64,000 nucleotides of DNA. Source: Moniliella sp. 'wahieum'. Taxonomy: Eukaryota. The first letter of the stretch is position 1; every line of letters begins with the position of its first letter. Position numbers and translations under genes: made by a program. The notes beneath the pieces were generated by a model that was not told where the DNA came from, ran no database searches, and was given only the letters and a program-made list of their open reading frames with translations. Location of the stretch: positions 868,001 through 932,000 of the forward strand of contig RSEE01000003.1 in assembly GCA_003971905.1 (NCBI GenBank). The letters are read 5' to 3'. Below are positions 61,451 through 64,000 of the stretch, piece by piece.

Positions 61451-63988
61451 ATGGCAAGCACGCCAGACACGCCCGACACGCCCAGCACGCCAGCTCCGCC
61501 GCCGCCGCTGGCACCGGCTGTGCCGCCCAGCGGGCCAAGCGGAGGCGCCAGCGTGCACAGCTCTCTGCGACCTGTGCCGCATCGGCAAGCTCAAGTGCGA
61601 CCGCACGGCACCCTCTGCTCCTCCTGCCGCGCCCACGGCCGCCCAGAGCACGAGTGTACTCGCCACGGCGTCCCTGTCGCCGTAGCCCCCCCGCCACGGC
61701 CCCGGGCAGGAGGAGGCATCGCGCCGTCCAACTTCCACCCATCGCCGCCACCGCCACCGCCACCGCCGCCTCCACCGCCTCCACTCCATTGTTCCCACCC
61801 CTACCCCACCCGCCTCGCTCCACTCCCAATGCCCCCACCCCCTTCGCGCCTACTATCCCTGCCTTGTCCCCGCCCCCAATCTGCCCATCGTTCTCCTCTC
61901 CTTCCTCCAGTCTTTGGCACTGCATCCACTTGAATCCGTAGTGGAGGAACATTGCTGTCCGTCTGCGCCGCTTGGCCCGCTTTGCACTACCTCCACCCCG
62001 GACCGTGCACCGAGCTGGCTGGCCAGGCGGGGCCGCCCTTCCCAAGTGGGAGCAGATGGACCAGCTGCTTCAGATCTACTGGGACCAAGTGGCCGTTGTT
62101 TCCCATGGTACGACGCGGCGCAGGTACGGGGCAAGGCAGAGAGCACTGTACGGTTGCCCGACAAGCCACTCAACAGCCAGCAGGGCGGGATGCTGCCTTT
62201 GCTCGCCTTCCTCTGTGCCGTGGCAGCCAAAGTGTACAATCTGTCACCCTCCTCGCGCCTGCTTGAGTGGGAGTAGACACGGACGCGCCGGCCCGCCTCT
62301 CGGGGCTGGGAAGGCAGTGTTTCCACCAAGGTTTTCTCCAGGTAGAACAGAACGCGGTCCGATGCGCGGCTGTCCCATCGTCCAGCTTCTCATCACGGCC
62401 GGGATTGGGCTCAGCCTCGTGGCTGAGGTGGTTGTGTACTAGACACGTGTTTACGCGCTGCACGGCAGTCGCACATGGACGGACGGTTGGGCCCGGTGCA
62501 GAGGATGAACCGGAAGGAGGACATTGTCCAGGCTGCTTGCTTTCCATGCTGGTCTACCTAGACTGGTGGGTGTCGCTATCACAGGGATGCCATATGGTCT
62601 ATGAAAACACCTTCACCAGTCGTGGGAGGACGCACGTGTCCCAGAGCATATGGAGGCATTTTGCAGTGTGGGAGACCAACTGCGCATTGCCCGTCTCGCC
62701 CTTTGGCTCGAGGACGGGGAAGCGACGGGGCAGGCCGTGGCCAAGGAGGCGAGGGCGGTGCTGGACGGGCTGCCACTCGGGCTGAGAGGGACAAGTGTGC
62801 AAGCTGTGCAAGCTGTGCATGTGAAGAGCACACTCCACTTCTGCTGTTGGGGGTGCACATGCCCTTGTTTCCGGATGGTCGGGACCAAGCACGGGAGCAT
62901 GCGATGGCACTGGTCGACTTGGCGCAGGAAGCACGGCAGAGGAGGTACTGCTGCTGCGTAGCAAGCGTGCGGCGCGTCATGCACTGGTCAATGCGGGGCT
63001 GGTTCTGCTTGCGGATGCTGTGCGTGCGAGGGCGCGAAAGCACGCGCGAGAGAGGAGGCAAGGCGATGCTGGAGGCGGCGGAGAACCTGGCGGAGGCGAC
63101 CCTGGAGCGCGAGCCGGCGACGCGGGCTCTACCGGAGGGGCTGGAGGGGCTGCTGCGGATGGGCTGCTGCAGCTGGCCAGCGGGGAGGGCGATGATGCGG
63201 CGGCGGTGGCGGCGGGCAGGCGGTGCGGACGAGATGGGGGTAGGTGTGGGCGCCGTTCTGTCCGACCCGTCCTGCAGCGGGGGGGGTGCCGGCAGGGCCG
63301 TCGTAGCCGCGAAGGAGGGCTTTGTACATTTTACTCCAGGCGACGAGATAGGGTTACTCTAGCAGGTGTGGGTTGTGTTGCTGGACAGCCAGGCGGAACG
63401 CGGCGCCAAATGCAAACCCGCGCCGCATTCCGCCCCGGTGGGGCAGGCGGGGCATCCAAGCGCATCCAGCCTCCAGCGGGGCACAGCAGCACACAGCAGC
63501 CGCCGCAGCCGACCAGCCCCACGTGGAGGCCGCTGCCCCACCCCACCCTCCCCCCGAGCCCCACCGTCGCTGCGTCGCCGCCATGTCCATGCGCGAGCGC
63601 CACAGCCGCCGCCCCAGCAAGGCCTCCCGCCCCCCGCCGAGCACACCCCCCCCACCGGCGCCGCCGCCCCCGTCCCCCCGCGCTCATCACCTACGCCGGC
63701 AGCGAGCCCCTGCTCGCCAGCCCCTTCTGCGCCCATGTCCTCTCCAGCATCTCCACCCAGCTGCCCATCACCGGCATCGCCCCGCCCGCCGTCGCCCGCA
63801 CCGCGCCACCGCCCCCTGCCGCCGGCGTCTGGAGCCCCGCCCCCGCGGCCAGCGAGCTCCCGCCTCTCCACACCGAGCTCGTCGAGCTCGGCACCCACCT
63901 GACCCGCGTCCAAGCCAGCAGGATGCCTTCATCTCTCCTTCCACGCCCTCTCCTTCCCGCTCGCCCACCTCTACCTGCTGGTCTGTGA
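61451..63988 (+). CDS. Zn(II)2Cys6 fungal transcription factor
   Basis: CDLCRIGKLKCDRTAP + CSSCRAHGRPEHEC (frameshift between the halves) at ~61567-61657, then a Pro-rich linker and a middle-homology-like region (DQLLQIYWDQV, LPLLAFLCAVAA, LVYLDWWVSL). 3' end uncertain. Confidence 0.78.
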
Positions 63989-64000
63989 CGATGCCGAGCA

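Overview
Eukaryotic, GC-rich fungal DNA, most consistent with a basidiomycete yeast-like species (short GT..AG introns with CTRAC branch points, Zn2Cys6 factor, KRE6, DUF1765-like gene). About 16 protein-coding loci are supportable: Zn-dependent ADH, makorin-like RING/CCCH protein, DUF1765-like protein, RPS19, SH3-RasGEF (CDC25-like), GNAT, KRE6/SKN1, HAS1, a secreted DPBB/expansin-like protein, F-BAR-RhoGAP, NAC-alpha, an EamA-like transporter, a maltose/galactoside O-acetyltransferase, a Zn2Cys6 TF and two unassigned proteins. There are also two tRNA genes. Almost every CDS carries 1-bp frameshifts, probably long-read consensus errors, so gene ends are approximate. Two things stand out. (1) Two near-identical, oppositely oriented copies of a ~1.39-kb non-autonomous LTR element (TRIM-like; ~239-bp TG..CA LTRs, 5-bp TSDs), one inserted inside the RasGEF coding sequence. 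(2) A recurring intergenic 7-bp pattern, TNA + 4-bp palindrome + TNA, which uses at least 14 of the 16 possible palindromic cores and sometimes switches core inside one array without losing phase.
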